Part shown: piece after piece, positions 1 to 11,470 of the stretch | How the letters are laid out: each line of letters opens with the position of its first letter | How positions within the stretch are numbered: the stretch's first letter is position 1 | Origin: Mobula hypostoma | Lineage: Eukaryota | DNA length: 64,000 nt | Assembly: GCF_963921235.1 (NCBI RefSeq) | Contig: NC_086120.1 | Coordinates: 9,052,001 to 9,116,000 of the forward strand | Reading direction: 5' to 3' | Notes under the pieces: generated by a model | Database searches by the model: none | Seen by the model: only the letters and a program-made list of their open reading frames with translations | What the model was told of the DNA's origin: nothing | Translations under genes and position numbers: made by a program

Positions 1-888
1 AAGTTCGAGGTGTTGTGGAAAGTGTGGAGGGCTGTTAGAGATTACAGCAGGACATTGATAGGATGCAAAACTGGGCTGAGAATTGGCAGATGGATATCAA
101 CCCAGATAAGTGTGAGGTGGTTTGTTTTGGTAGGTCAAATATGATGGCAGAATATAGTATTAATGGTAAGACTCTTGGCAATGTGGAGGATCAGAGGGAC
201 CTTGGGGTCTGTGTCCATAGGATATTCAAAGCAGCTGTGCAGGTTGACTCTGTGGTTAAGAAGGCATATGGTGCATTGGCCTTCATCAACCATGGGATTG
301 AGTTCAAGAGCCGGGAAGTAATGTTACAGCAATACAGGACCCTGGTCAGACCCCACTTGGAGTACTGTGCTCAGTTCTGGTCACCTCACTAGAGGAAGGA
401 TGTGGAAACTGTAGAAAATGTGCAGAGGAGATTTGCAAGGATGTTGCCTGGATTGGGGAGCATGCCTTATGAGAATAGGTTGAGTGAACTTGGCCTTCTC
501 TCCTTGGAGCAATGAAGAATGAGAGGTGACCTGATAGAGGTGTATAAGAGGATGAGCGGCATTGATGGTGTGGATAGTCAGAGGCTTTTTCCCAGGGCTG
601 AAATGGCTGACACAAGGGGGCTCAGTTTTAAGGTGCTTGGAAGTAGATACAGAGGGGACGTCAGGGGTAAGTTTTTTACGCAAAGAGTGGTGTGCTTGGA
701 ATGGGCTTCCAGCAACAGTGGTGGAGGCGGATACAATGAGGTCTTTTAAGAGGCTCCTGGATAGGTACGTGTACCTTAGAAAAATACAGAGCTATGGGTA
801 ACCCAAGGTAATTTCTAAAATATTACGCTCAGCACAGCGTTGTGGGCTGAAGGGCCTGTACTGTGCTGTAGGGTTTCTGTTTCTATGT
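1..888 (+). mobile_element. CR1 LINE 3' fragment (RT C-terminus, 3' UTR, tail); runs off the window start
   Basis: ORFs 63..392, 519..749 and 562..801 give frameshifted CR1 RT C-terminal motifs (DKCEVV.FG, RPHLEYCAQFWSPH, RGDLIEVYK, FFTQRVV). Ends in GAAGGGCCTGTACTGTGCTGTA and a TTCTATGT tail. Confidence 0.9.
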
Positions 889-1925
889 CTCCAATCCTTT
901 CATTTCCATGTCTATCTAAAAGCCTCTCAAATGTGAATATCATATCTGCTTCCTTCACCACACCTGGCAGCTCATTCCAGGAACCTCATGTATGGCACCT
1001 TGTCAAAGCCCTCTGAAAATCCAAGTAAAAACATACACTGATTCTCCTTCGTTGATCCTACCTGTTACATCCTCAAAGAATTCCAAAAGAATTTTCTGGC
1101 AAGATTTCCCATTCAGGAAACCATGCTGATTTTAGCCTGTTTTATCATGTGTCTCCAAGTACCCCAAAACCTCACGCTGAAGAATGGAATCTAACACCTT
1201 GCCAACCACCAAATTCAGACTAACTAGCTTCCAATTTCCTGTCTTTTACATCCTTCTTTTCTTTAAGAGTGGAGTGATGTTTGCAGTTTTCCTGTCCTCC
1301 AGAATGATTCTTAAAAGATGACTACTTATGTTTCCACAATCTTTAAGCTACCTCTTTCAGAATCATGGGGTATAGTCCATTTAGTTCAGGTGACTGATCT
1401 ATCAGGTCCAAGTAGGTTATATGAACTCAGCAATCTGTGTTTCCGTTCAAAAGAGCACTGAAGAGATAACATCTGGTATACTGCAAACACTCTTTATATT
1501 CCTTCTGCCATCTGCAAGCCGACCAATCAGCCATTCTGCATTTTCATCCAGTCATTTTCTTTACATTGTAAACAACAGTGGAGCCAGCACTGATCCCTCT
1601 GGAACACCACTGGCCATAGTCCTCCAGTCCGGACTTTACCCTTCCACGACTATCCTCTCTCTTCTACTGCCAACCAATTTTAAAGTCATCATGGATTCCA
1701 AGTGAATTAATCTACTGCATCAGACAACCCTGAAGGAGCTTGACAAAAACCTTCCTAAAATTTACGTGAACAACTCTTACAACCTCACCAATTGCCCTTG
1801 TCATCTCCCGAATGAACTTAGTCTATTCTGTAAGGCACAATCTGCCCTTCACAAAGCCCTTCTGACTATCACTACTAAGCCTATGCTTTTCCAAATGCAA
1901 CTAAATCCAGTGCATAAGATTCTTC
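889..1925 (-). mobile_element. Decayed CR1 fragments
   Basis: Reverse-strand remnants of RT motifs (AAACCATGCTGA = QHGF region; CCACTGGCCATAGT and GGAACACCACT = SGVPQG region). No intact ORF. Confidence 0.65.
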
Positions 1926-1994
1926 TCCAGTAGATTTGCTTCCTCTCTCCTTTCTTCGTTTTTGCTAGATTCAGTACTCTGATATGTGGATCAT

Positions 1995-2340
1995 CTTGTG
2001 AGGGAAGTTGAGGCCTGTATTCACAGGAGTTTTAAAGACTGACAGCTTATTTGATTGGATCATCAGCTCCTGAGTGGTCCTGGCAGGGGGCCAATAAAAA
2101 GGATGTTTCCTCTTATAGGCAATCTAAAACAAAACACTCGTGTTTAAAAATTAGGTTTTGTCCACTTAGGATAGATGTGAAGTTAAGTTCATTTCTCTCT
2201 CAGAGGGCCATAAACCTTTCAAACTCTTGTCCTCAAGGCTCTGTTTACCTGGAACTTGCAGTAATGGGACATAAATTTTACAATAAGATCAGTCATATAG
2301 TTATTGAATGGCAGAGCAGGTTTGAATCTATTTCTTCTCC
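1995..2340 (+). mobile_element. Old CR1 3' end remnant
   Basis: Degenerate CR1 3' sequence (AGGATGTTTCCTC...TTTCTCTCTCAGAGGG...GATTGAATGGCAGAGCAGG); paralogous to about 50560-50970. Confidence 0.55.
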
Positions 2341-2965
2341 TTAATCATTTATTGAGATACAAAGATCAACAAGGTTCGCATCATGCTACTTATTCCAGAA
2401 TAGATCAATTGATCTTCCCTGGAGAGTTCAGTAACTACAACCAACGTCCCTGCTTGGGATTACAAGTTAAGCCTCAGCCACTGTCAGTGCCCCTGATTAC
2501 TGGCTGTTTGAGGAGGGCAGCACCGGGCCAGATGGGTTCACTTGCACTTGTCTGCCCACAATCACTGTCCGGATTCCCACGGAAAGAGGGGTCACTGAGT
2601 CAGAGGGACTGGTTCTTCTGAAGCCCTCAGAGAAAGAAGGAAAATCGGAGCAGACAAAGAATAAAACTGTTTTGTTTAACTTGGGAGGATATGTGAATTG
2701 AGGATATTCACTTTTCCTTTTCAGTGACAATTTCCTTTTCCCAATCGTAAGGGTGGCATTCTTTCATTGAAAGATGTTGATCCAAAGTTTCATCAACGTC
2801 CAGGAACTACTGTAGAATGAGTGAACTATTTCAGAGCATTGAATTTTGACCCGTTCTGGCCAGTGAACAAGTGAATATTTGCTTGATGTGCAACAAACAA
2901 AATTGAGAATGGGATAACTGTATAATGATTCAAATTTACCGTTGTCATACACAGGATATTTAAGA
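2340..2965. repeat. Unclassified block duplicated at about 53634-54405
   Basis: Shared strings such as GATCAATTGATCTTCCC, CAGTAACTACAACCA.CGTCCCTGCTT, CAGAGCATTGAATTTTGACCC and TTTGCTTGATGTGCAACAAAC occur in both places. Confidence 0.85.
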
Positions 2966-3389
2966 TCTTCCTTCGTGAAATACATCTGTACAAGTTTATT
3001 GAAATATACACACAATTCATGAGTTTGTCAATTTCAAATCAAGCATACACTTGTTTTTCTGGTCTTGGCTTGCAAGAATCTGAAGCAAGACCTGGATGGC
3101 AGGTTTGCTCTCCAAGGCAAGCAATTTATTAACTTTACCCACCCATATTTCCACAGATACTTGTGTGAATTGTAATGTAGTCAGTGCAGACAAGGTAGAG
3201 TGGGAGCACTATGAGTTTGCTGGAAGGATCATGAGACTCAAATGTGAATTCCCTAATGGAATGGCCAGTACTGACATCATCTCCCTCATTGCTAATAGTA
3301 AAGTGGGTTTGCTTCCAGCAGCTCCATCCCCTGAGAAATGCACTGCCACCTTTATGATAGAGAGGTGTGCTCACACCACGGTACCCCAT

Positions 3390-3534
3390 TATTTATTTAT
3401 CTATTGAGATACAGCATGGAGTAGCCCTTCCAGCCCTTCGAGCCAAGCTGCACAGCAGTCCACCAATTTAACATATGTTGACACATATACAATGACCAAT
3501 TAACTTAACAACTGATATATCTTTGGACTATGGG
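3390..3534 (-). mobile_element. HE1-like SINE 3' remnant truncated by a CR1 insertion
   Basis: ATTTATTTATCTATTGAGATACAGCATGG...AATGACCAATTAAC...CTTTGGACTATGGGAG resembles the reverse strand of elasmobranch HE1-type SINEs as I recall them. Confidence 0.45.
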
Positions 3535-4113
3535 AGACAATAGACAATAGGTGCAGGAGTAGGCCATTCGGCCCTTCGAGCCAGCATCGCCATTCACTGT
3601 GATCATGGCTGATCAACCACAATCAGTACCCCGTTCCTGCCTTCTCCCCATATCCATTGACTCTGCCATCATTAAGAGCTCTATCTAACTCTTTCTTGAA
3701 AGCATCCAGACAATTGGCCTCCACTATTTTCTGAGGCAGAGCATTCCACAGATCCACAACTCGCCGGGTGAAACAGTTTTTCCTCAACTCCGTTCTAGAT
3801 GGCTACCCCTTATTCTCAAATTGTGGCCTCTGGTTCTGGACTCCCCCAACATCGGGACCATGTTTCCTGACTCTAGCGTGTCCAATCCCTTAATAATCTT
3901 GTATGTTTCAATCAGATCCCCTCTCATCCTTCTAAATTCCAGTGTATACAAGCCCAGTCGCTCCAATCTTTCAACAAATGACAGTCCCGCCATCTCGGGA
4001 ACAAACCTCATGAACCTCCGCTGCACTACCTCAATAGCATGAATGTCCTTCCTCAAATTTGGAGACCAAAACTGTACACAATACTCCAGGTGTGGTCTCA
4101 CCAGGGCCCTGTA

Positions 4114-5643
4114 TGTCACAATGGCAGGGGCATTGGGAGCAAGGGTGGAACCAAATGCAAGACACATCTTGTGAGGTTGCTTAGATTTAGTTTATTGTTC
4201 GATACCAGGAGAGCAAGGCAGGAGCAGGAAATAGGAAACTGGACTAGGACTCAGGACTACAACTAGGCTGGGACTAGGGGTCTGGGCTTGGACTCAGAAT
4301 CAGCTCCCAGAACTGAAGGAGACATCAAGAGGCTAGGGTATGGACTCCGAGCCAGAGACTGGGCAAGGACCAGCCTTGGACAAGGTCCAAGCCTTGGACT
4401 GGGCAAGGTCTTGCCTTGGGCTCGGACTCCAGAACCAGGCAAGGACGTGACATGGGCTAGGGAGAGGAGGAACATGGGAACACAGAGCCTCGGTCTCGGG
4501 AGAGCAGGTACCTGGAACTATGGACACATACACAGAACACAGAGTCGGGACTCCTCCTTGGGTACAGGGCATAGGGCCGGAACTCACACACAGAACAGAG
4601 AGCCGGGAATCCACCTTGGGTACAGGACTCATGACCCTCCGCAGGGCAACAGCAAGATGGCCTGACTTACCCCACGGAGGCGAGGACAAGACAAGACAGA
4701 ACATGACCCCCCACGGGGCAACGGCAAGATGGCCTGACTTACCCCAGGGAGGCAAGGACAAGACAAGACAAGACATGACTCCTCATGGGGCAATGGCAAG
4801 ACTGCCAGACTTACCCCCACGGAGGCAAGAACCAGACAAGACAAGACATGACCCCCCGTGGATCAATGGCAAGATGGCCTGACTTACCCCATGGATGCGA
4901 GGACAAGACAAGACAAGATGAACACGAATGAACACCAGACTGTACCTATCTAGCTCTGGTGATAGAACTAGACCGAAGTGCAGCCGGGGTCTGCAGACGA
5001 GGGCTAGAGGTGAGAGGGGCAGAGAAGGGATTCAGACAAAGGGGTAGGACAGGAATCACAGACCACCAGGGTCAGGACTTGACTCAGAACTGGGAAGCTG
5101 CCAGGGACAGGACTTGACTTGGTGCTTGAATGCAGCCAGGACCAGGGCTTGACTTGGTGCTTGAATGCCGCTGGAGACAGGACTTGACTTGGAACTTGAA
5201 TGCCACTGGAGCCAGGACTTAACTTGGAGCCTCCGGGTAGTGGCGAGCTCTCGACTTGGCCTGGGAACAGTAGACAGCGGTTCTTGATTCCCTCCATCGG
5301 GTTAACTGACGAACCCACCTCGGTGAGGAAACTTTGCAGGCTCGCTTTGGCAAGGTAACTGGACAGGGTTGCTCCGGTGAGGAGAGGCGAATTACCGGTA
5401 CTCGCTTCGGCAGAGACTAGGCTTGCTCCGGCCAGATGACATCAGCACACCATACCCTGGATGATTTTGCAGATGCTCATGCACCGATCGGCTGAAAGCC
5501 GGAAACTATAAACTACTGGTTCAGCCGAGCGTTAATTGCCTCTAATCACCAAAGTCGAGGGACACGGGAAGACAGGGAATCAATGGTCCGGATCGTAACA
5601 TAAACAAGCTAAATTTAAAGGGACCCCGATCCGGACCATGACA
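4114..5643 (-). mobile_element. Solo LTR (1530 bp) inserted in CR1 RT
   Basis: Ends TGTCA...TGACA. Perfect 5-bp TSD CTGTA at 4109-4113 and 5644-5648 restores the CR1 sequence GGGCCCTGTACAACTGC. AATAAA on the minus strand near 4190. Confidence 0.85.
4630..4918. repeat. Tandem array, 4 x ~72 bp, inside the solo LTR
   Basis: Units start with CATGAC at 4630, 4702, 4774 and 4847; each contains GGCAAGATGGCCTGACTTACCCC and GACAAGACAAGAC. Confidence 0.9.
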
Positions 5644-8446
5644 CTGTACAACTGCAGAAGGACCTCTTTGTTCCTATACTCAACTCCCCTTGTTATGAAG
5701 GCCAACACGCCATTAGTTTTCTTCACTGCCTACTGTACCTGCATGTTTACTTTCAGTGACTGACGAACAAGGACACCTGGATCTCATTGTATTTCCCCTT
5801 TTCCTAACTTGACACCATTCAAATAGTAATCTGCCTTCCTGTTCTTGCCACCAAAGTGTATAACCTCACATTTATCCACATTAAACTGCATCTGCCATGC
5901 ATCTGCCCACTCAACCAATCTTTCCAAGTCATCCTGCATTATCTCAATATCCTCCGCACAATTCACACTGCCACCCAGCTTTGTGTCATCTGCAAATTTG
6001 CTAATGTTATTTTAATCCTTCCATCTAAATCATTAATGTATATTGTAAATAGCTGCGGTCCCAGCACCGAGCCTTGCGGTACCCCGCTAGTCAACTCCTG
6101 CCATTCTGAAAGGGACCCATTAATCCCTACTCTTTGTTTCCTGTCTGCCAACCAATTTTCTATCCATGTCAACACCCTACCCCCAATACCATGTGCTCTA
6201 ATTTTGCCCACTAATCTCCTATGTGGGACCTTATCAAAGACTTTCTGAATGTCAAGATACACTACATCCACTGGCTCACCCTTGCCCATTTTCACAGTTA
6301 CATCCTCAAAAAATTCCAGAAAATTAGTCAAGCATCATTTCCCCTTCATAAATCCATGCTGACTCAGACTGATCCTGTTACTGCTATCCAAATGTGCCGC
6401 TATTTCATCCTTTATAATTGACTTCAGCATCTTCCCCACCACTGATGTTAGGCTAACTGGTCTATAATTCCCTGATTTCTCTCTCTCTCCTTTCTTAAAA
6501 AGTGGGATAGCATTAGCGACCCTCCAGTCCTCAGGAACTGATCCTGAATCTACAGAACATTGGAAAATAATTACCAATGCGTCCACAATTTCTGGAGCCA
6601 CCTCCTTAAGTACCCTGGGGTGCAGACCATCAGACCCTAGGGATTCATCAGCCTTCAGTCCCATCAGTCTATCCAACACCATTTTCTGCCTAATGTGAAT
6701 CTCCTCCAGTTCCTCCGTTACCCTAGGTCCTCTGGCCACTATTACATCTGGGAGATTGTTTGTGTCTTCCCTAGTGAAGACTGATCCAAAGTACCTGTTC
6801 AACTCATCTGCCATTTCCTTGTTACCCATAATTAATTCACCCGTTTCTGTCTTCAAGGGCCCAACTTTGGTCTTAACTAATTTTTTTTCCTCTTCACATA
6901 CGTAAAGAAGCTTTTACTATCCTCCTTTAGGCAAGCTTGCCTTCGTATCTCATCTTTTCTCCCCGTATTGCCTTTTCAGTTATCCTCTGTCTCTCTTTAA
7001 AAGTTTCCCAATCCTCTGGCTTCCTGCTGATCTTTGCTATGTTATACTTCTCCTTTATTTTTATACTATCCTTGATTTCCCTTGTCAACCATGGTCGCCC
7101 CTTACTCCCCTTAGAATCTTTCTTCCCCTTTGGAATGAACTGATCCTGCACCTTCTGTATTATTCCCAGAAATACCTGCCATTGTTGTTCCACTGTCGTC
7201 CCTGCTAGGGTACCTTTCCAGTCAACTTTTGCCAGCTCCTCCCTCATGGCTCCATAGTCCCCTTTGTTCAACTGCAATATTGATACTTCCGATTTTCCCT
7301 TCTCCCTCTCAAATTGTAGTTTAAAACTTATCATATTGCAGTCACTACCTCCTAATGGCTCCTTTACCTCGAGTTCCCTTATGAAATCCGGTTCATTACA
7401 CAAAGCTAAATCCAGAATTGCCTTCTCCCTAGTAGGCTCCAGTACAAGCTGCACTAATATCCATCTCGGAGGCACTCCACAAACTCCCTTTCTTGGGGTC
7501 CAGTGCCAACCTGATTTTCCCAGTCTACCTGCATGTTAAAATTCCCCATACCTTTGCAACATGCCAATTTTAATTCTTGATTCAACTTGCACCCTAAATC
7601 CAGGCTACTGTCTGGGGGCCTGTAGATAACTCCCATTAGGGTGTTTTTGCCCTTACAATTTCTCAGTTCTATCCATACTGACTCTACATCTCCTGATTCT
7701 ATGTCGCCCCTCGCAAGGGACTGAATTTCATTCCTCAGCAGCAGAGCCACCCCACCCCCTCTGCCTATCTGTCTGTCCTTTTGATAGGACGTATATCCCT
7801 GAATACTCATTTCCCAGCCCTGGTCCTCTTGCAGCCATGTCTCTGTTATTCCTACAACATCATACTTGCCAATTTCCAACTGAGCCTCAAGCTCATCCAC
7901 TTTATTTCTTACACTTCATGCATTCATATATAATTCTTTTAATCCATTACTCCTCTCACCTTTCACATTGATTCTTATTGCACTTGGCCATACTCTCCGA
8001 TCCTTTCCTGAGCTCTCTGCCCCGTTAATTCTGTTGTCTTTCATAACTTCCCTTATTCTCTCTTTCCATTTAACTTCATCCTTATACTTCCTCTCCTTCC
8101 CCCACCCCACTACTTAGTTTAAACACACCCGTGTGGCTGTGGCAAACCTGCCTGCCAGAATGATGGGCCCCCTCCTGTTAGGGTGCAACCCGTCCCTTTT
8201 TTACAATTCATTCTTGCCCCAAAACAGATCCCAGTGGTCTAAGAATCTAAATCCCTGCTTCCCGCACCAGCTCCTCAGCCACACATTCAGATCCCTTATC
8301 TCGCTGTTCCTGCCCTCACCAGCATGAGGAACTGGAAGCAAACCAGAGATAACCACCCTGCTGGTCCTACTTTTCAGCCTTCTTCCGAGTTCTCTGAAGT
8401 CACGCAGCAGAATTTCTTTCCTCCTCTTCCCAACGTCATTTGGTTC

Positions 8447-10172
8447 TGTCTTCACTAAGGAGGACATAAATAATCTTCCAGAAATAGTAAGGGACAGAGG
8501 GTCCAGTGAGATGGAGGAACTGAGTGAAATACATGTTAGTAGGGAAGTGGTGTTAGGTAAATTGAAGGGATTGAAGGCAGATAAATCCCCAGGGCCAGAT
8601 GGTCTGCATCCTAGAGTGCTTAAGGAAGTAGCCCAAGAAATAGTGGATGCATTAGTGATAATTTTTCAAAACTCGTTAGATTCTGGACTAGTTCCTGAGG
8701 ATTGGAGGGTGGCTAATGTAACCCCACTTTTTAAAAAAGGAGGGAGAGAGAAACCGGGGAATTATAGACCGGTTAGCCTAACGTCGGTGGTGGGGAAACT
8801 GCTGGAGTCAGTTATCAAGGATGTGATAACAGCACATTTGGAAAGCGGTGAAATGATCGGACAAAGTCAGCATGGATTTGTGAAAGGAAAATCATGTCTG
8901 ACGAATCTCATAGAATTTTTTGAGGATGTAACTAGTCGAGTGGATAGGGGAGAACCAGTGGATGTGGTATATTTGGATTTTCAAAAGGCTTTTGACAAGG
9001 TCCCACACAGGAGATTAGTGTGCAAACTTAAAGCACACGGTATTGGGGGTAAGGTATTGGTGTGGGTGGAGAATTGGTTAGCAGACAGGAAGCAAAGAGT
9101 GGGAATAAACGGGACCTTTTCAGAATGGCAGGCGGTGACTAGTGGGGTACCGCAAGGCTCAGTGCTGGGACCCCAGTTGTTTACAATATATATTAATGAC
9201 TTGGATGAGGGAATTAAATGCAGCATCTCCAAGTTTGAGGATGACACGAAGCTGGGTGGCAGTGTTAGCAGTGAGGAGGATGCTAAGAGGATGCAGGGTG
9301 ACTTGGATAGGTTGGGTGAGTGGGCAAACTCATGGCAGATGCAATTTAATGTGGATAAATGTGAAGTTATCCACTTTGGTGGCAAAAATAGGAAAACAGA
9401 TTATTATCTGAATGGTGGCCGATTAGGAAAAGGGGAGGTGCAACGAGACCTGGGTGTCATTATACACCAGTCATTGAAAGTGGGCATGCAGGTACAGCAG
9501 GCGGTGAAAAAGGCGAATGGTATGCTGGCATTTATAGCGAGAGGATTCGAGTACAGGAGCAGGGAGGTACTACTGCAGTTGTACAAGGCCTTGGTGAGAC
9601 CACACCTGGAGTATTGTGTGCAGTTTTGGTCCCCTAATCTGAGGAAAGACATCTTTGCCATAGAGGGAGTACAAAGAAGGTTCATAAGATTGATTCCTGG
9701 GATGGCAGAACTTTCATATGAAGAAAGACTGGTTGAACTGGGCTTGTACTCGTTGGAATTTAGAAGATTGAGGGGGGATCTGATTGAAACGTATAAGATC
9801 CTAAAGGGATTGGACAGGCTAGATGCAGGAAGATTGTTCCCGATGTTGGGGAAGTCCAGAACGAGGGGTTACAGTCTGAGGATAGAGGGGAAGCCTTTTA
9901 GGACCGAGATTAGGAAAAACTTCTTCACACAGAGAGTGGTGAATCTGTGGAATTCTCTGCCACAGCAAACTGTTGAGGCCAGTTCATTGGCTATGTTTAA
10001 GATGGAGTTAGATATGGCCCTTGTGGCTACAGGGGTCAGGGGGTATGGAGGGAAGGCTGGGGCGGGGTTCTGAGTTGGATGATCAGCCATGATCATAATA
10101 AATGGCGGTGCAGGCTCGAAGGGCCGAATGGCCTACTCCTGCACCTATTTTCTATGTTTCTATGTTTCTATA
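8447..10172 (+). mobile_element. Young 5'-truncated CR1 LINE
   Basis: Uninterrupted RT frame, 3' UTR ending GAAGGGCCGAATGGCCTACTCCTGCACC and a (TTCTATGT)n tail at 10149-10172. Confidence 0.93.
8511..10073 (+). CDS. CR1 ORF2 reverse transcriptase domain (520 aa, N-terminally truncated)
   Basis: [65 protein letters not shown] (FADD variant), RPHLEYCVQFWSP. Confidence 0.9.
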   Translation: MEELSEIHVSREVVLGKLKGLKADKSPGPDGLHPRVLKEVAQEIVDALVIIFQNSLDSGLVPEDWRVANVTPLFKKGGREKPGNYRPVSLTSVVGKLLESVIKDVITAHLESGEMIGQSQHGFVKGKSCLTNLIEFFEDVTSRVDRGEPVDVVYLDFQKAFDKVPHRRLVCKLKAHGIGGKVLVWVENWLADRKQRVGINGTFSEWQAVTSGVPQGSVLGPQLFTIYINDLDEGIKCSISKFEDDTKLGGSVSSEEDAKRMQGDLDRLGEWANSWQMQFNVDKCEVIHFGGKNRKTDYYLNGGRLGKGEVQRDLGVIIHQSLKVGMQVQQAVKKANGMLAFIARGFEYRSREVLLQLYKALVRPHLEYCVQFWSPNLRKDIFAIEGVQRRFIRLIPGMAELSYEERLVELGLYSLEFRRLRGDLIETYKILKGLDRLDAGRLFPMLGKSRTRGYSLRIEGKPFRTEIRKNFFTQRVVNLWNSLPQQTVEASSLAMFKMELDMALVATGVRGYGGKAGAGF

Positions 10173-10785
10173 CACTACCACTTCTGGCTGCTCACCTTCA
10201 CCCTTGAGGATGCCCTGCAATCGGTCTGTGACGTCCTGGATCCTGGCACCAGGGAGGCAACACACCATCCTTAAATCCTGCCTGTTGCCGCAGAAACCCC
10301 GTTCTGTACCTCTCACAATGGAGTCCCCTACTACCATGGCTCTGCCTGATGTCTGTCTCCTCAGCTTTGCTTCAGCGCCAATTTTTGACTTGCAGACCTG
10401 TCCGCCTCTCAGACTGGCAGTGTCTTCTGTCCCGACAGCTTCCAAAAAGGTGAACCTGTTTTCAAGAGGGCGGAGGGAGAAGCACCCAGAGGAAACCCAG
10501 GCGGTCACAGGGAGAACGTGCAAACTCCAAACAGGCAGCATCAGAAACTGAAACCCCGGTGCCTGCATTTCCAATGCTATCAGATTTTTTATTCAGTGTG
10601 CAGCTGTTCCTTCAACATTATTATGAATCATGTTTACATGAGTTCTTGATATAATCCCAGACTCAGTTTGCTCTAAAGATCTGTCCAGACTCAGCCCTGA
10701 ATCTACTCAATGATTCAGCTTCTCTTGTTTTTTGGATCCATCTTTGCCAGATTTTTAAAAATGTACAGATGTACACAGATCCACA

Positions 10786-11470
10786 GAACCTGACCAGCTA
10801 CATCCAAAATCACTGTGGGCGGCTACTGAAGAAATTAGAAACCATTGTTCAGGTATTTGCTTCATCGTTAGCCATGGAGAAGTGCTAGTAAATAGACTGG
10901 ATGGTAGCAAATGTTGTGCATATATTTAAGAAGAGTGGCAAGGAATAATGGGATCTATACACTAGTAAGTCTTACATCTGGGGCAGGTAAATGACTGGAG
11001 AAGATTCTACTGGATAAGATATCCCTACACCTTGAAATGCAGGGGTTGGTTAGAAGCATCAGCATGGCTTTGTGCATGGGAAATCATGTCTTATGAATTT
11101 TACTGAGATTTTTTGATGATGCAATAAAGAATGTCAGTGAGGGCAAAGCCATGGTGTCATTTACATGAACTTCAGTAAGTATTTAACATTCCACTTATTA
11201 AGCTGTTTTGGAAGGATATTTCACATGGAATCCAGTAAGAGCTGGCTAACTAGAGACACAATTGGCTTGATGGGAAAAAGGGGAAGTGCAAACAAAGTGG
11301 AGGATAGTGTCTCAGTCTGGTTGCCCATGATTAGTGGTGTGACTCGGGTGATGGTGCAGGGCCCATTGTTGTTTGTCATCTATGTCAACAATTTGAATAA
11401 GTACATACAAGACATGACTAATAAGTTTGCAGTTGACAGTAAAATAGGTGGTATAGTAGACAATGAAGAA
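10786..11470 (+). mobile_element. Old decayed CR1 RT fragment (first copy of a local duplication)
   Basis: Degenerate QHGF, MNFSK and [10 protein letters not shown] motifs; 10786-11264 is repeated at 12681-13159. Confidence 0.7.

Larger units (their letters stand above)
3535..10475 (-). mobile_element. Near full-length, decayed CR1 LINE (ORF1 esterase, APE endonuclease, RT) interrupted by a solo LTR and a younger CR1
   Basis: RT pieces 3784..4110, 5650..6856 ([34 protein letters not shown]); APE pieces 6927..7900 (GITETWL, VIYRPPDS, LDLALCN); ORF1 SGNH esterase pieces 8201..8445 and 10173..10470 (VVGDSIVRG, NDVG); (CTATTGT)n tail at about 3535. Confidence 0.88.

Noticed and set aside
4288-4882. 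Overlapping 120-147 aa ORFs, and the repeat array as a CRISPR-like locus
   Set aside because: Products of the 72-bp VNTR in the solo LTR; units are contiguous with no unique spacers, and the context is vertebrate.
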